From positions 15,132 to 67,684 of the forward strand of contig CBFIBM010000010.1 in the NCBI GenBank assembly GCA_965660855.1: a stretch of 52,553 nt of DNA, given 5' to 3'. This document shows positions 13,309 through 23,503 of the stretch, one piece after another; the first letter of the stretch is position 1; each line of letters opens with the position of its first letter. The translations under genes were made by a program, and so were the position numbers. This DNA comes from an uncultured bacterium (GTDB lineage Bacteria; Fidelibacterota; Marinisomatia; Marinisomatales; UBA1611). The notes below the pieces were generated by a model, which saw only the letters and a program-made list of their open reading frames with translations, was not told the DNA's origin and searched no databases.

Positions 13309-14742
13309 TTAATTAATATTATTTTTAGTATCAATACTAATGGTTTTCAAAAATGCTAAAGCTTCATCATAATCATTTTCTATTCTTCCATCTAAAATAG
13401 CTTCTTCAATAGTTTTTTTTATAATGCCTACTTGCTTACCCTCTCCAATCTTAAATAAATTCATTATTTCTGCACCCCTTATTGGAGATTGAAACTTTTT
13501 CATATTATCTTTTTTAAAAACAGAAGTCATTTTTTTTTCAACATTCTCAAAATTCTTTAAATATTTACTTATTTTATTAGGGTTTTTGGTAGTGATATCT
13601 GCTCGACATAACACCATTAAATCATCTAAATCTTCACCCGCAGCAACCATTAATCTTCTGACAGCAGAATCAGTAACAACATCTTTTACAAGTGAAATTG
13701 GTCTTAGGTGAAGTAACGTTAACTTTTCAAGATATTTTTTCAATTTATTTGGAAGACGTAACCTTGCTGCAACTTTTTTAATCATCCTTTCGCCAACAGC
13801 ATCATGACCGTGGAAAGTATAACCTTTTTTCTTATCTATTCTTCTCGTATTAGGTTTTGCAATATCATGAACAAGCGCAGCAAACCTTATTTCCATTTTA
13901 TTACTTAATCTTGCTGAATTATCAACAACTTGAAGAGTATGAGTGAAAATATCTTTATGGTGCCATTCAGCGGTCTGATCAATGCCATACATTTTATCTA
14001 TTTCCGGAAAAACGATCTTCATTAGGCCTGTTTCTTGTAAAATATTTAATCCAATTGATGGTTTATCTGTTTGTAAAATTTTAATAAACTCATCTCTTAT
14101 TCGCTCCCAGGAAACAATAGCAATTCTTTCAGACTGTCTCTTTATTGATTCGAGGCATTTTCTTCCAAAAGAAAAACCTAACTTAGATGAAAAATATGCG
14201 GCTCGCATCATTCTCAAGGGATCTTCAGAAAATGTTTCATCTGGGTCTAAGGGAGTTCTTAAAAGTTTCTTTTTAATATCATTTTTACCATTATACGGAT
14301 CTATTATATCACCAAAATTTTCTAAGCTTAAATTCATAGCCATAGCGTTTATAGTGAAATCTCTGCGTACTAAATCTCCATTTAAATCAGTGTAAGTGAC
14401 TTTATTTGGCTTTCGAGAATTGAACAAATATTCTTCGCTCCTTGCGCTTGCAACTTCAATTTGAACTTTTTTACCTGGAATGAGAGCAGTTCCAAATTTT
14501 TCGAATGGAACAATCTTTTTTATCCCTAATACTTCAGCAATTTTTTTGGCGAAATTAATTCCATCTCCGACAACCATTATGTCAATATCATTCAATACTC
14601 TTTGCATGATTAGATCTCTTACAAACCCGCCTACTACATAAGCTTCTTTTTTTTCTTTTTTAGATAGAAGAGCAATAACATTTAATATTTCTGATATTGA
14701 GTTATGCTCGGGTTTATCTAATAATTTTTTCAAATTCAACAT
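13309..14742 (-). CDS. cca: CCA tRNA nucleotidyltransferase (class II) with HD domain
   Basis: YVVGGFVRD, DIDI, RRDFTINAMA, EDPLRMMRA, ERIRDE, HT...HDIAKP. Confidence 0.88.
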   Translation of the reverse strand: MLNLKKLLDKPEHNSISEILNVIALLSKKEKKEAYVVGGFVRDLIMQRVLNDIDIMVVGDGINFAKKIAEVLGIKKIVPFEKFGTALIPGKKVQIEVASARSEEYLFNSRKPNKVTYTDLNGDLVRRDFTINAMAMNLSLENFGDIIDPYNGKNDIKKKLLRTPLDPDETFSEDPLRMMRAAYFSSKLGFSFGRKCLESIKRQSERIAIVSWERIRDEFIKILQTDKPSIGLNILQETGLMKIVFPEIDKMYGIDQTAEWHHKDIFTHTLQVVDNSARLSNKMEIRFAALVHDIAKPNTRRIDKKKGYTFHGHDAVGERMIKKVAARLRLPNKLKKYLEKLTLLHLRPISLVKDVVTDSAVRRLMVAAGEDLDDLMVLCRADITTKNPNKISKYLKNFENVEKKMTSVFKKDNMKKFQSPIRGAEIMNLFKIGEGKQVGIIKKTIEEAILDGRIENDYDEALAFLKTISIDTKNNIN

Positions 14743-14846
14743 ATTATAAATTACTAATGAAGATTCTATTGTACTACATTGCTAAGACAAAATAATCTGT
14801 CTCCAATTATTATAAATTTACCACAATTAATTTTTGAATTAACTCC

Positions 14847-14874
14847 TTGTAAAGAAAAACGATAATATTAAAAT
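14847..14874 (+). promoter_or_regulatory. Putative sigma70 promoter (TTGTAA-16nt-TAAAAT), probably leaderless
   Basis: Hexamers at 14847-14852 and 14869-14874. The ATG at 14882 lies 7 nt past the -10 element, with no SD. AT-rich background limits certainty. Confidence 0.35.
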
Positions 14875-14881
14875 TCTAGTT

Positions 14882-15730
14882 ATGGTAAAAAGAAAGTCAT
14901 TCTTATTTGCGATTTGTTTACATCTTAACTTGATCAATGCACAATTTGAAGATATACAAGTAACACTTGATGACAGGCTTCTCAGAAGTGAAGAAAAACA
15001 AGATATTTTAAATATAGCAAATGATATAAAACGATTTTTTTTATCAACATCCTGGGATGATAATTATTCTGATTTAAATATTAATTTATATGTTCAAATT
15101 ATTTTTGAAGGCGTTACAATAAAAGGAAATGAAACTATATATAATTGTCAAGCTATGTTTTCAAATGGTAATGATTTACGTTACTTTGATAAGAATGTAC
15201 AATTCTTCTATAATTCTAGTACCAGCTTATATTATGACCCTATATTATTTGAACCATTAACTGGTTTTTTAGCATTCTATGCTCATTTAATATTAGCGGG
15301 TGAAATTGATACTTATGAATTCAATGGCGGAAATAGCTCTTATGAGCTTGCTAGAGATATAGCATTAAGAGGTTTAGCTTCTGATTATAAAAAAGGATGG
15401 AGTGCTAGGTCTAATACTGTAGATGATTTAAATCGGAATAATGGACTTAGGAAAGCAAGGCTAGCATTCTATATTGCAGAAGATTTATTTAAAGATGGGA
15501 ATGTCGAAGGCGCTTCCGAGGAAATTAAGATTATGTTAGATGGTTTGGAAGAATCTTTCCGTGATGTAGGGAGGGAAAATAGTACACAATATTTTTTAAA
15601 AATACAGTCTGAAAATATTGCTAAAATGCTTTTATTTATAGGAAATATTGAACTACTAAAAGATATGAAAGAATTAGACCCAGATAGACGCGATTTATAT
15701 CAATCTTATTTAGATACTATTTCTGAATAA
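14882..15730 (+). CDS. DUF4835-family (PorD-like) exported protein
   Basis: Signal peptide, YFDK..QFFY, LTGFLAFYAHLILAGEIDTYEFNGG, GW..R and a helical C-terminus, resembling DUF4835. Confidence 0.7.
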   Translation: MVKRKSFLFAICLHLNLINAQFEDIQVTLDDRLLRSEEKQDILNIANDIKRFFLSTSWDDNYSDLNINLYVQIIFEGVTIKGNETIYNCQAMFSNGNDLRYFDKNVQFFYNSSTSLYYDPILFEPLTGFLAFYAHLILAGEIDTYEFNGGNSSYELARDIALRGLASDYKKGWSARSNTVDDLNRNNGLRKARLAFYIAEDLFKDGNVEGASEEIKIMLDGLEESFRDVGRENSTQYFLKIQSENIAKMLLFIGNIELLKDMKELDPDRRDLYQSYLDTISE

Positions 15731-16749
15731 GTCTTTTTTTGAAATATATAATGTTGCATTACAATTGAATTATATGCAATATTTTTTGAACTTTCTTTAA
15801 ATGATACTTTTTTAATCCTCGCAAACCTATTTCTTTTTCTAAGTATTTCAACTGGGTTAAAGAAAAGCCAAAAAATTGATTGTAGAATACCAACCATATG
15901 ATTGAAGTCTAATTTTATTAAGGCGTAAAGAAAAGCCACTACTTCTAAAAGTAATCTTAACAACCCATAAACTATAGATTTTGATATTGGATAATTAGTT
16001 ATGATCATTATCAAAGAATTACGATGATTTAAAAAATACTTTTTTTGAGAATGCATTGGTAATGAAATCGCATTTTTATGAAAAACTACTGAGTTTGGTT
16101 CAACCCAAACCTCATATCCCATTGATTGAAATCTCCAGCATAAATCTATCTCTTCCATATGTGCAAAAAAAATATCTTCGAATTTACCTGCCTTGAAAAA
16201 TAAATTTTTGCGAACTATCATTGCTGTACCTGAAGCCCAAAAACATTTTTGAGCATCATCATACTGCCCAAAATCATATTCTTGTTCTAAAAATAAACGC
16301 CCTCTGGCAAATGGAAAACAAAAAATATCCATGTGACCTCCAGAACCTCCGGCATAATCAAATCGATTTTTTTCAAAGTAATTTAAAATTTTAGGTTGAG
16401 CAGCTGCAATACGTTGGTTTGAATCCATGATTTTGACCAAATTTGTTATCCAATCTGACTTTTGTACCGTATCATTATTTAAAAAAATTATGTATTCACC
16501 TACTGCTTTTTTTGACCCAATATTACAACCACCAGCATATCCATAATTCTTTTTATTTTCGATCAAAAGAACATCAGGGTGATTCTCTTTTATCCAACCT
16601 TGGCTTCCATCATTTGAAGCATTATCAGAAATAATAATTTCAAACGATTTAAATTTTGATTTTTTTAAAGAATCAAGACATTCAGATAAAATATTAATTC
16701 CATTCCAATGAGGAATTACAATTGAAACTTTTGGAATTGATTGTTTAAT
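15706..16749 (-). CDS. Glycosyltransferase family 2 (WbbL/RfbF-like); true start upstream of the called ORF, probably ATT
   Basis: The frame is open upstream of 16566 and encodes KVSIVIPHWNG...IIISDNASNDGS. Downstream motifs are FLNND, WASGTAM, FAHMEEIDLCWR. Confidence 0.88.
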   Translation of the reverse strand: MKQSIPKVSIVIPHWNGINILSECLDSLKKSKFKSFEIIISDNASNDGSQGWIKENHPDVLLIENKKNYGYAGGCNIGSKKAVGEYIIFLNNDTVQKSDWITNLVKIMDSNQRIAAAQPKILNYFEKNRFDYAGGSGGHMDIFCFPFARGRLFLEQEYDFGQYDDAQKCFWASGTAMIVRKNLFFKAGKFEDIFFAHMEEIDLCWRFQSMGYEVWVEPNSVVFHKNAISLPMHSQKKYFLNHRNSLIMIITNYPISKSIVYGLLRLLLEVVAFLYALIKLDFNHMVGILQSIFWLFFNPVEILRKRNRFARIKKVSFKESSKNIAYNSIVMQHYIFQKKTYSEIVSK

Positions 16750-16765
16750 GCTTGGAAAACCTTTT

Positions 16766-19711
16766 CTATTTTCCAGAACGCACTTCGTCTAATATTTTTT
16801 TTGCATTATTATCCGAAGGGTTTCTTGCAACCCAATCTGATAAGACCATTTCAGCATCTTGATTTCTATCATTTTCCTTATAAATAAAAACTAAAGAAGA
16901 AATAATTTCAGGATATGCCTCTTGCCACCTTTGCCAACGTGATTGCTTTATTGTATTTTTATTAAAACCTTGAGTTTGCAATACAGATTCAGTTTGAAGA
17001 TAATTTGCTCTCATCCCTTCTAAAATAAACAGTGCTTCTTCCAAATCATTCAGTTCTTTGTAATAGGTGTTCGCATATTCTATTCTGTTGAGTACTTTTC
17101 CATTACTTCTTAAAATAAGTTTGTCTAAGATATCTCGCATGGATTGCTTTTCGCCTAAATCACCGTAAATACGTGCAACTTGATAATGTAAATCTTCCGA
17201 CTGTATTGGTATTGTATTTTCAGGAATATTTTCACTCATTCGATCTAGTGTACCTATTATTCTTGATTTTAATTGCTCTAATTCATCTCCAGAATTATTC
17301 TTCTTGCGTTGTTTTCTTTGATAGTCCATATAATAAGTAACTGCTAGTTGCATATACGCACTACGGTAGTTTTGTAATAATCTTTGCGTTTGATCATTAA
17401 AGTATATTTTAGAATTACCTAGGTTTCTAAAAATATATCCTGGTTGATAATCTCTTGACCAATTAATAGAATTTTCATCTTTTAATGATTCATAATAAGT
17501 ACTGTGATCAAAATTTGAGGACCAGTCTTCTGTACCAATTTTTGTCATTAAGTTTTCATACATCTTTTCAGTATCAACTGGTTTGGTTTTGTGACTTTTT
17601 AATTGAAAGGTTAGTCCTTGCATGTCTAAATACTGATCTAAGCCAATTCTATTTTGTTGAGAAACAGTTACTGCAAAATAAATAGGAATCCTCCAAGCTC
17701 CATCGTTAATAATCCTCATAATCATCATATCTTGAACTCTAAGAGCTTGTCCACCATATGTAGGTTTCATTTCCCATTCTATATACCCTTGAGTATTTAG
17801 ACTATCATTCTTAACTGGAATACGAACTTTTTGCTTCTCCCAACGCTGAAGAGTAGATGTTAGTCTATCAATCTTAACATCTGATAAATTAATAAAGCTT
17901 GTCTCTTTAGACCTTTTATCTCTCCATTGTTTTATATACCAAGGAGTATTTAATAAACTTAAATTTACAACTGCAACATCTGTCCGAACTTTTTCTACCT
18001 CTTGTAGATACCATAATGGAAAAGTATCATTATCACCGTTAGTAAATAAAACTCCGTTTGGCCCACACGATTGAAGTAAATTATAACTATAATCCCAAGC
18101 AACAAAATTTCCAGAACGATCATGTGAATGGTAATTTGCTCTAGCCATGACAAATGGGATAAAAATCAATTGTAATATGATTGAGCCACCAATTAATCTT
18201 TTTCCTAAATCTCTATTTTTAATATTTCTTGAAATCCAATCACTTATTGCTGTAGTTCCTAATCCAATCCATATTGAGAATGCAAAAAAACTTCCTACAT
18301 ACGAGTAATCTCTTTCTCTTGGTTGTGGATTATCTTGGTTAAGATATATAATAATTGCATAACCTGTCATAATAAACAAAGATAAAACTGCAAAAGCCAT
18401 TCTTTCGTCTTTATAAGTATGATAAAACATTCCTATAAGCCCTAAAATAAAAGCAAGAGGTATACCAAACTGAGTTAAATCAACACCATCCTCTCTTGAA
18501 GTTGCACCCATACTGATAACATTGGGGTTATTTGCTGGACCACGCCCAGCAAACTGCCATAAAAAGTATCTATTATACATTTTTTTTATTTGATAATTCC
18601 AAAAATAATCCCACTGTTTATCTTTTTTAAAATTTCGGTATTTTCTATTTTGAGCACTAGAAAAATCCCGGTTAGGCCCTTCTGGATAACCAACTACTTC
18701 ATGTATTGGATCAATTCCTTCAAATCTCCTTGGAAGTAAACCAACGCTTCCATATTGCTCTCTTTCTAAATATGAAATAAAAGCCTCTACCGTTTCTGGA
18801 TCATTTTCATCAATGCCTGGGTTTTGGTTTGAACGTATAAAAATTAATGCATAAGTAGAATAGCCAATAAATACTAAAACCATAGAAGTCATAATCATTG
18901 ATAATAACTTTTTTTTATTTGCTACAGCCCATATCATAAAACCAAATAAAGAAACCACTAATAATGCCGTTGGGAAAGGACCAATAGCCTTAGCTATCTT
19001 AGGCATTCCTTTTATTATAATGTTATGGATTATAAAAAAAGTTACCGCTGTAATCAGCATTGTGATACCAAATGATAGCCACTCAAATTTGTATTTTCGA
19101 AAATATATTACCAATGCAACAAAAGGAAGAGTTAATAAATTTAATAAATGAAGACCTGTCGCAAGTCCTATCATATATGCAATTATTAAAATATATCTTT
19201 CATGCCCTTTTTCATCAGCTTTTTCACTCCATATCAGAATAAGCCAAACTACAATAGCAGTAAAAAATGTACTAAAAGCGTATACCTCGGCTTCGACAGC
19301 ATTGAACCAATGACTATCAGTAAAAGAAAAAGTAAGAGCTCCAATCAAACCTCCTCCAAAAGCAATAAGAGCATCTGTATTATTCTCTACTTTCCCACGC
19401 CAATGTGTCACACACTGAACAATTATTAAATATAAAAACATAACAGCAAATGCACTGGATAAAGGCGAAAGAAGATTTACTCTAAATGCAATATCTTTGC
19501 TGAATGGTATCATTGATGCAATTCTTCCAATCAATAAGAAAAAAGGGCTTCCAGGTGGATGAGGAACTCCTAAGGTATTCGCAACAGCAATAAATTCACC
19601 ACAATCCCAATATGAGACTGTTGGAGCCATTGTATCGTAATAAACACCAAAAGAAATGAGAAGAGTAAAAAGAGCTAAAATTTTGTTTATGAGATTATAA
19701 TTGGTTTGCAT
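16766..19711 (-). CDS. DUF2723 / TMEM260-like GT-C membrane glycosyltransferase
   Basis: WDCGEF, HPPGSP, WFNAVEAEVY, YLEREQYG, RERDYSY, GDNDTFPLWYLQEVE. About 12 TM segments and a TPR-like C-terminus. Confidence 0.88.
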   Translation of the reverse strand: MQTNYNLINKILALFTLLISFGVYYDTMAPTVSYWDCGEFIAVANTLGVPHPPGSPFFLLIGRIASMIPFSKDIAFRVNLLSPLSSAFAVMFLYLIIVQCVTHWRGKVENNTDALIAFGGGLIGALTFSFTDSHWFNAVEAEVYAFSTFFTAIVVWLILIWSEKADEKGHERYILIIAYMIGLATGLHLLNLLTLPFVALVIYFRKYKFEWLSFGITMLITAVTFFIIHNIIIKGMPKIAKAIGPFPTALLVVSLFGFMIWAVANKKKLLSMIMTSMVLVFIGYSTYALIFIRSNQNPGIDENDPETVEAFISYLEREQYGSVGLLPRRFEGIDPIHEVVGYPEGPNRDFSSAQNRKYRNFKKDKQWDYFWNYQIKKMYNRYFLWQFAGRGPANNPNVISMGATSREDGVDLTQFGIPLAFILGLIGMFYHTYKDERMAFAVLSLFIMTGYAIIIYLNQDNPQPRERDYSYVGSFFAFSIWIGLGTTAISDWISRNIKNRDLGKRLIGGSIILQLIFIPFVMARANYHSHDRSGNFVAWDYSYNLLQSCGPNGVLFTNGDNDTFPLWYLQEVEKVRTDVAVVNLSLLNTPWYIKQWRDKRSKETSFINLSDVKIDRLTSTLQRWEKQKVRIPVKNDSLNTQGYIEWEMKPTYGGQALRVQDMMIMRIINDGAWRIPIYFAVTVSQQNRIGLDQYLDMQGLTFQLKSHKTKPVDTEKMYENLMTKIGTEDWSSNFDHSTYYESLKDENSINWSRDYQPGYIFRNLGNSKIYFNDQTQRLLQNYRSAYMQLAVTYYMDYQRKQRKKNNSGDELEQLKSRIIGTLDRMSENIPENTIPIQSEDLHYQVARIYGDLGEKQSMRDILDKLILRSNGKVLNRIEYANTYYKELNDLEEALFILEGMRANYLQTESVLQTQGFNKNTIKQSRWQRWQEAYPEIISSLVFIYKENDRNQDAEMVLSDWVARNPSDNNAKKILDEVRSGK

Positions 19712-19724
19712 TTAAGACTTTCCT

Positions 19725-19997
19725 CTAGCTTTTTTTTGATTTTTGCTCTATCAATTTCATTTTTAAATCACTCAAAGTATTCAATAAAATCTGCTTTTCG
19801 TATTCTGTTACGTTTCCCTTAGTCTTATGTTCCAACATTTCGAGCAATTTAATATAGTAGGAGGCTTGATCTAAATTTTGTGAAATTTCTTTACTCATTG
19901 GATTTTTCATTATTCCGAGTGCAATCAACGCACTTGACTGAAATGTGCTTATTAGATAGGAATAAAGTTTCTCTTGCTCTTTTGATTTATCTTCCAT
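19725..19997 (-). CDS. DUF1844-family small protein
   Basis: ALIALG..NP, A..YI.LL.ML..KTKGN...E..L...L..L pattern. Confidence 0.8.
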   Translation of the reverse strand: MEDKSKEQEKLYSYLISTFQSSALIALGIMKNPMSKEISQNLDQASYYIKLLEMLEHKTKGNVTEYEKQILLNTLSDLKMKLIEQKSKKS

Positions 19998-20074
19998 TTT
20001 ATTGATTTTTTAATTTATTAAATTTAACAGAGCTTCAAATTTATAACCCTAATTAAGAATACAAAATATGTAAA

Positions 20075-22144
20075 TTAGATATTAAATCCCTTTAACTGAT
20101 CTGCATAAGTTTTAAATAATAATTTTCGAAGACTTTTATTTACATTTTGTTTTAATGATGGATCATTTGCAATAGTTTGAAATGCTGTTTCTCTAGCAAA
20201 CTGAATAATTTTTCCATCAATAACCATATCAGCAATTTTAAAGTTTAAAAAGCCTGACTGCCTTAAACCAAAAAATTCTCCAGGGCCTCTTAGTTCAAGA
20301 TCTTTATCTGCTAATTTAAAACCATCATTTGTTTGTTCTAATACTCTTAAGCGTTTAAAAGAGGTATTGGTAATATTTCTTCTAACTAGAATACAATAAC
20401 TTTGATAGGAACCTCGCCCCACTCTTCCTCTTAGCTGATGTAATTGAGTAAGGCCGAATCTTTCTGCATTTTCAATTAACATCACCGTCGCATTTGGAAT
20501 ATCAATGCCAACTTCAATAACTGTTGTCGAAACAAGAATATTAATCTTATTTTTTGAGAATTTATTTAAAATACTTTCTTTTTCATCTACATTCATTTTA
20601 CCATGGACTAATCCTACTTCTAAATCATTAAATATATTATTATTAAATTTAACATAGGCATTCTTTGCCGCCTCTAAATCTAATTTCTCAGATTCTTCTA
20701 TTAGCGGAAATACGATCATACATTGTTTACCATTTAAACATTCTTTTTTTATGAAGTCATATACCCTGGGCATTCTTTCAGAATTTACGATCTTAGTTTT
20801 TACTGGAACTCTGTTCGAGGGTAATTCATCTATCATTGACAAATCCATATCTCCATGGTATGTAATTGAAAGGGTTCTGGGAATTGGAGTTGCTGTCATT
20901 GATAAAGAATGTGGATTTTCCCCTTTATTAATAAGAGATTGTCTTTGATTAACACCAAAACGATGCTGTTCATCAATAATTACCAACCCTAAACTTTTAA
21001 ATTGTACATCTTTTTGAATTAGGGCATGTGTACCTATAATTATAGAAATATTACCATTTAAAAGTCCTTTTAAAATTAATGCTCGTTCTTTTTTATTTAT
21101 TTTCCCGACTAATAAGCTGCATGGGATATTATTTTTATCTAATTCTGCTTTAAATGATAAATAATGCTGCCTAGCTAAAATTTCTGTCGGTGCCATAATA
21201 GCAACTTGTACATTATTACCAACTGCTATTGCTGAAACCAAAATTGCCACAATAGTTTTACCGCAACCAACATCACCTTGGATTAGTCTATTCATTTGAA
21301 AGTTATTTTTTAAATCATCATGAACTTCTTTTACTACCTTTTTTTGAGCATTCGTTAATTCAAATTGTAAGTTTTCAACTATAGACTTAAAATATGGACC
21401 AATATCATTTAATCGACGTGATTTATTATAAGAATATGTTTTTTTTTTAAGAACCATCAATAATTGAAAAATATAATGCTCATCAAATTTCAATCGGTTA
21501 ATTGCAGCATTTAAATCATCCTGATTTTTAGAAAAGTGTATACTTTTTAATGCAATATTAAGATCTACTAAATTGTTGTTTTTTGTAAATGATGCTGGAA
21601 GATAGTCTTTGATCTCAAATAGTTTTCCAAGAACTTCTTTTACAATTTTTCTAAGAAAACGTTGCTCAATTCCAGAAGATTTCAAGTCCTGATTAAGATG
21701 GTAAAGGGGTATTATTTCTCCAGATTGTTGTGGATTATCTTTATTTTCCAAGAAATCAATATCAGGATGTGATATAGTGAAGCCATTATACCAATCAATC
21801 TTACCATGGATTGCAAGATTAGAGCCAATTTTTAGTTTTGTTTCTAAATATTTCATCGAGTTAAACCATGTAAGAGTCAGTAACCCTGACCCATCAGAAA
21901 CAATAACTTGAAATATTTTCCCTCTTCTTATCGGCTTCTTGACAAATGTCTCTACACGCGCTACAATTGTTGCTTGAACTCCTCGTTGAAGGTCTTTTAT
22001 AAGCGTGGTATTCGTGCGATCTAAATATCGCCTTGGAAAATGATATAATAAGTCCTCTATAAAGGTAAAACCATTTTTGATAAAAGTATTGTACCTGTAT
22101 TTTCCAACCCCTTTTAAAATAGAAATTGGATCAGTTAAATTCAA
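20075..22144 (-). CDS. recG: ATP-dependent DNA helicase RecG
   Basis: OB wedge domain, QGDVGCGKT, APTEILA, DEQHRFG, MTATPIPR, QLRGRVGRG, DLELRGPGE. GGAGGT SD before the TTG. Confidence 0.97.
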   Translation of the reverse strand: MNLTDPISILKGVGKYRYNTFIKNGFTFIEDLLYHFPRRYLDRTNTTLIKDLQRGVQATIVARVETFVKKPIRRGKIFQVIVSDGSGLLTLTWFNSMKYLETKLKIGSNLAIHGKIDWYNGFTISHPDIDFLENKDNPQQSGEIIPLYHLNQDLKSSGIEQRFLRKIVKEVLGKLFEIKDYLPASFTKNNNLVDLNIALKSIHFSKNQDDLNAAINRLKFDEHYIFQLLMVLKKKTYSYNKSRRLNDIGPYFKSIVENLQFELTNAQKKVVKEVHDDLKNNFQMNRLIQGDVGCGKTIVAILVSAIAVGNNVQVAIMAPTEILARQHYLSFKAELDKNNIPCSLLVGKINKKERALILKGLLNGNISIIIGTHALIQKDVQFKSLGLVIIDEQHRFGVNQRQSLINKGENPHSLSMTATPIPRTLSITYHGDMDLSMIDELPSNRVPVKTKIVNSERMPRVYDFIKKECLNGKQCMIVFPLIEESEKLDLEAAKNAYVKFNNNIFNDLEVGLVHGKMNVDEKESILNKFSKNKINILVSTTVIEVGIDIPNATVMLIENAERFGLTQLHQLRGRVGRGSYQSYCILVRRNITNTSFKRLRVLEQTNDGFKLADKDLELRGPGEFFGLRQSGFLNFKIADMVIDGKIIQFARETAFQTIANDPSLKQNVNKSLRKLLFKTYADQLKGFNI

Positions 22145-22162
22145 AAATTCAACCTCCGTTAT

Positions 22163-23503
22163 TTACTTCCATTCTTTTCTGTAGGTATAATAAACACTTT
22201 TAGTCTCACCTGCATTTAGAGATAAGGGAAAGTGGATAGTAGATGCATCTTTCTTGAGATAATTTAATGACTCATCTTTTATAACCCAATCACCGTTAAT
22301 ATGCTCAATTAATAATACATTTACCTTTTCATTTCTTGCATTAGTTACTCTTATTTCAATTACTGCTTCCTCACTTTTCCTTTGCCTATCATAATTTAGA
22401 ACCTTTCTATTTCCAAAAACATCAAATGCTCTACCCGATGTTAGGGTTGTGAACTGTCCTTTTGGAACTTGCCCCATACCATCTGCACCAATATACTCAA
22501 GGCCCTGTCCTTCTTTATGAAGGTACATCTCAACTTTACCTGCGGGTAAGGATATACCTAACCCATTAGCATCTGTGTTTTCCATTGTCAATTGAACCTC
22601 TAACGGTTCTTCTTTTTGACGTCTCTCTGTATTCTCAAAAACATATTTTTTACTATACCCGACATCTAGGGGCCCATACATCCTAACCGTGATATTTTCT
22701 TTAGCTCTTAAATCATGCGTTTCGTTTAATGCATATATATGATAATCACCAAGCTGATTTAAGTTAATCAGATTAGGAGCATCTACCTGAGCTGTAGATA
22801 AGGATCGATTTGCTCTTTCTACGTTTATTGTTTTCTTTTTTAACTTATTTAAATTTCCTTCTACTAATTGAATTTTCGAAGATTCAAAATCCATATTTGA
22901 ATTATTGGAGATTACAGCTTCTGCAATTAATTCTCCTCTTTCTTCATTATGCATTATTAGCCTGTAAACAGTAGACCAAGAAAAGTTATGAGATTTATAA
23001 ACGAGTTCGCCTTCAATATTCTTAGAAGATTTAGACTTAAGATCCCATGAAAGGAAAGGGTCAAAGGTTGGAAGTTCGATTTCATCGTTCTTGCTACCTA
23101 AATACTCGATCTCATTTCTATTAAATGTAATAATTCCAGATGAGTGTTTTAAGGTTATGAAACTAGAGCTAATTTCAAGAAGCACACCTTTTACTAGTTT
23201 ACTATTTTTTGGTTTTACTTGTATTTCTTTCCCTTTCTTTTTACTAAAAAAATCTGTTCCTGTAAAAATATTACTATTAAACCTCTGAGAAAGAATATCC
23301 GCTCCAGTTATATTAAGGAATGGAGTGTCTTTATCTATTCCATTGGGTAAACTATTCCAAGTAACATAACTAATCCCAGAAGGTATTGACCAACCAACTG
23401 GTTGTTTTATCAATGCCGTACCATCTTTGTATATTGTTAGAGTTGCATCCTCAGATTGACTAAATAAATAAGAAACTAATAATATATAGTAATATTTTTT
23501 CAT
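22163..23503 (-). CDS. DUF4139-domain exported protein
   Basis: Signal peptide, LTIY, SW..VY, NNS..DF....IQLVEG, DYHIY, LGISLPAG, beta-rich C-terminus. Confidence 0.75.
   Translation of the reverse strand: MKKYYYILLVSYLFSQSEDATLTIYKDGTALIKQPVGWSIPSGISYVTWNSLPNGIDKDTPFLNITGADILSQRFNSNIFTGTDFFSKKKGKEIQVKPKNSKLVKGVLLEISSSFITLKHSSGIITFNRNEIEYLGSKNDEIELPTFDPFLSWDLKSKSSKNIEGELVYKSHNFSWSTVYRLIMHNEERGELIAEAVISNNSNMDFESSKIQLVEGNLNKLKKKTINVERANRSLSTAQVDAPNLINLNQLGDYHIYALNETHDLRAKENITVRMYGPLDVGYSKKYVFENTERRQKEEPLEVQLTMENTDANGLGISLPAGKVEMYLHKEGQGLEYIGADGMGQVPKGQFTTLTSGRAFDVFGNRKVLNYDRQRKSEEAVIEIRVTNARNEKVNVLLIEHINGDWVIKDESLNYLKKDASTIHFPLSLNAGETKSVYYTYRKEWK

Noticed and set aside
15706..16566. GT2 as an N-terminally truncated pseudogene
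   Set aside because: The missing N-terminal motifs are present in frame upstream with no stop or frameshift.
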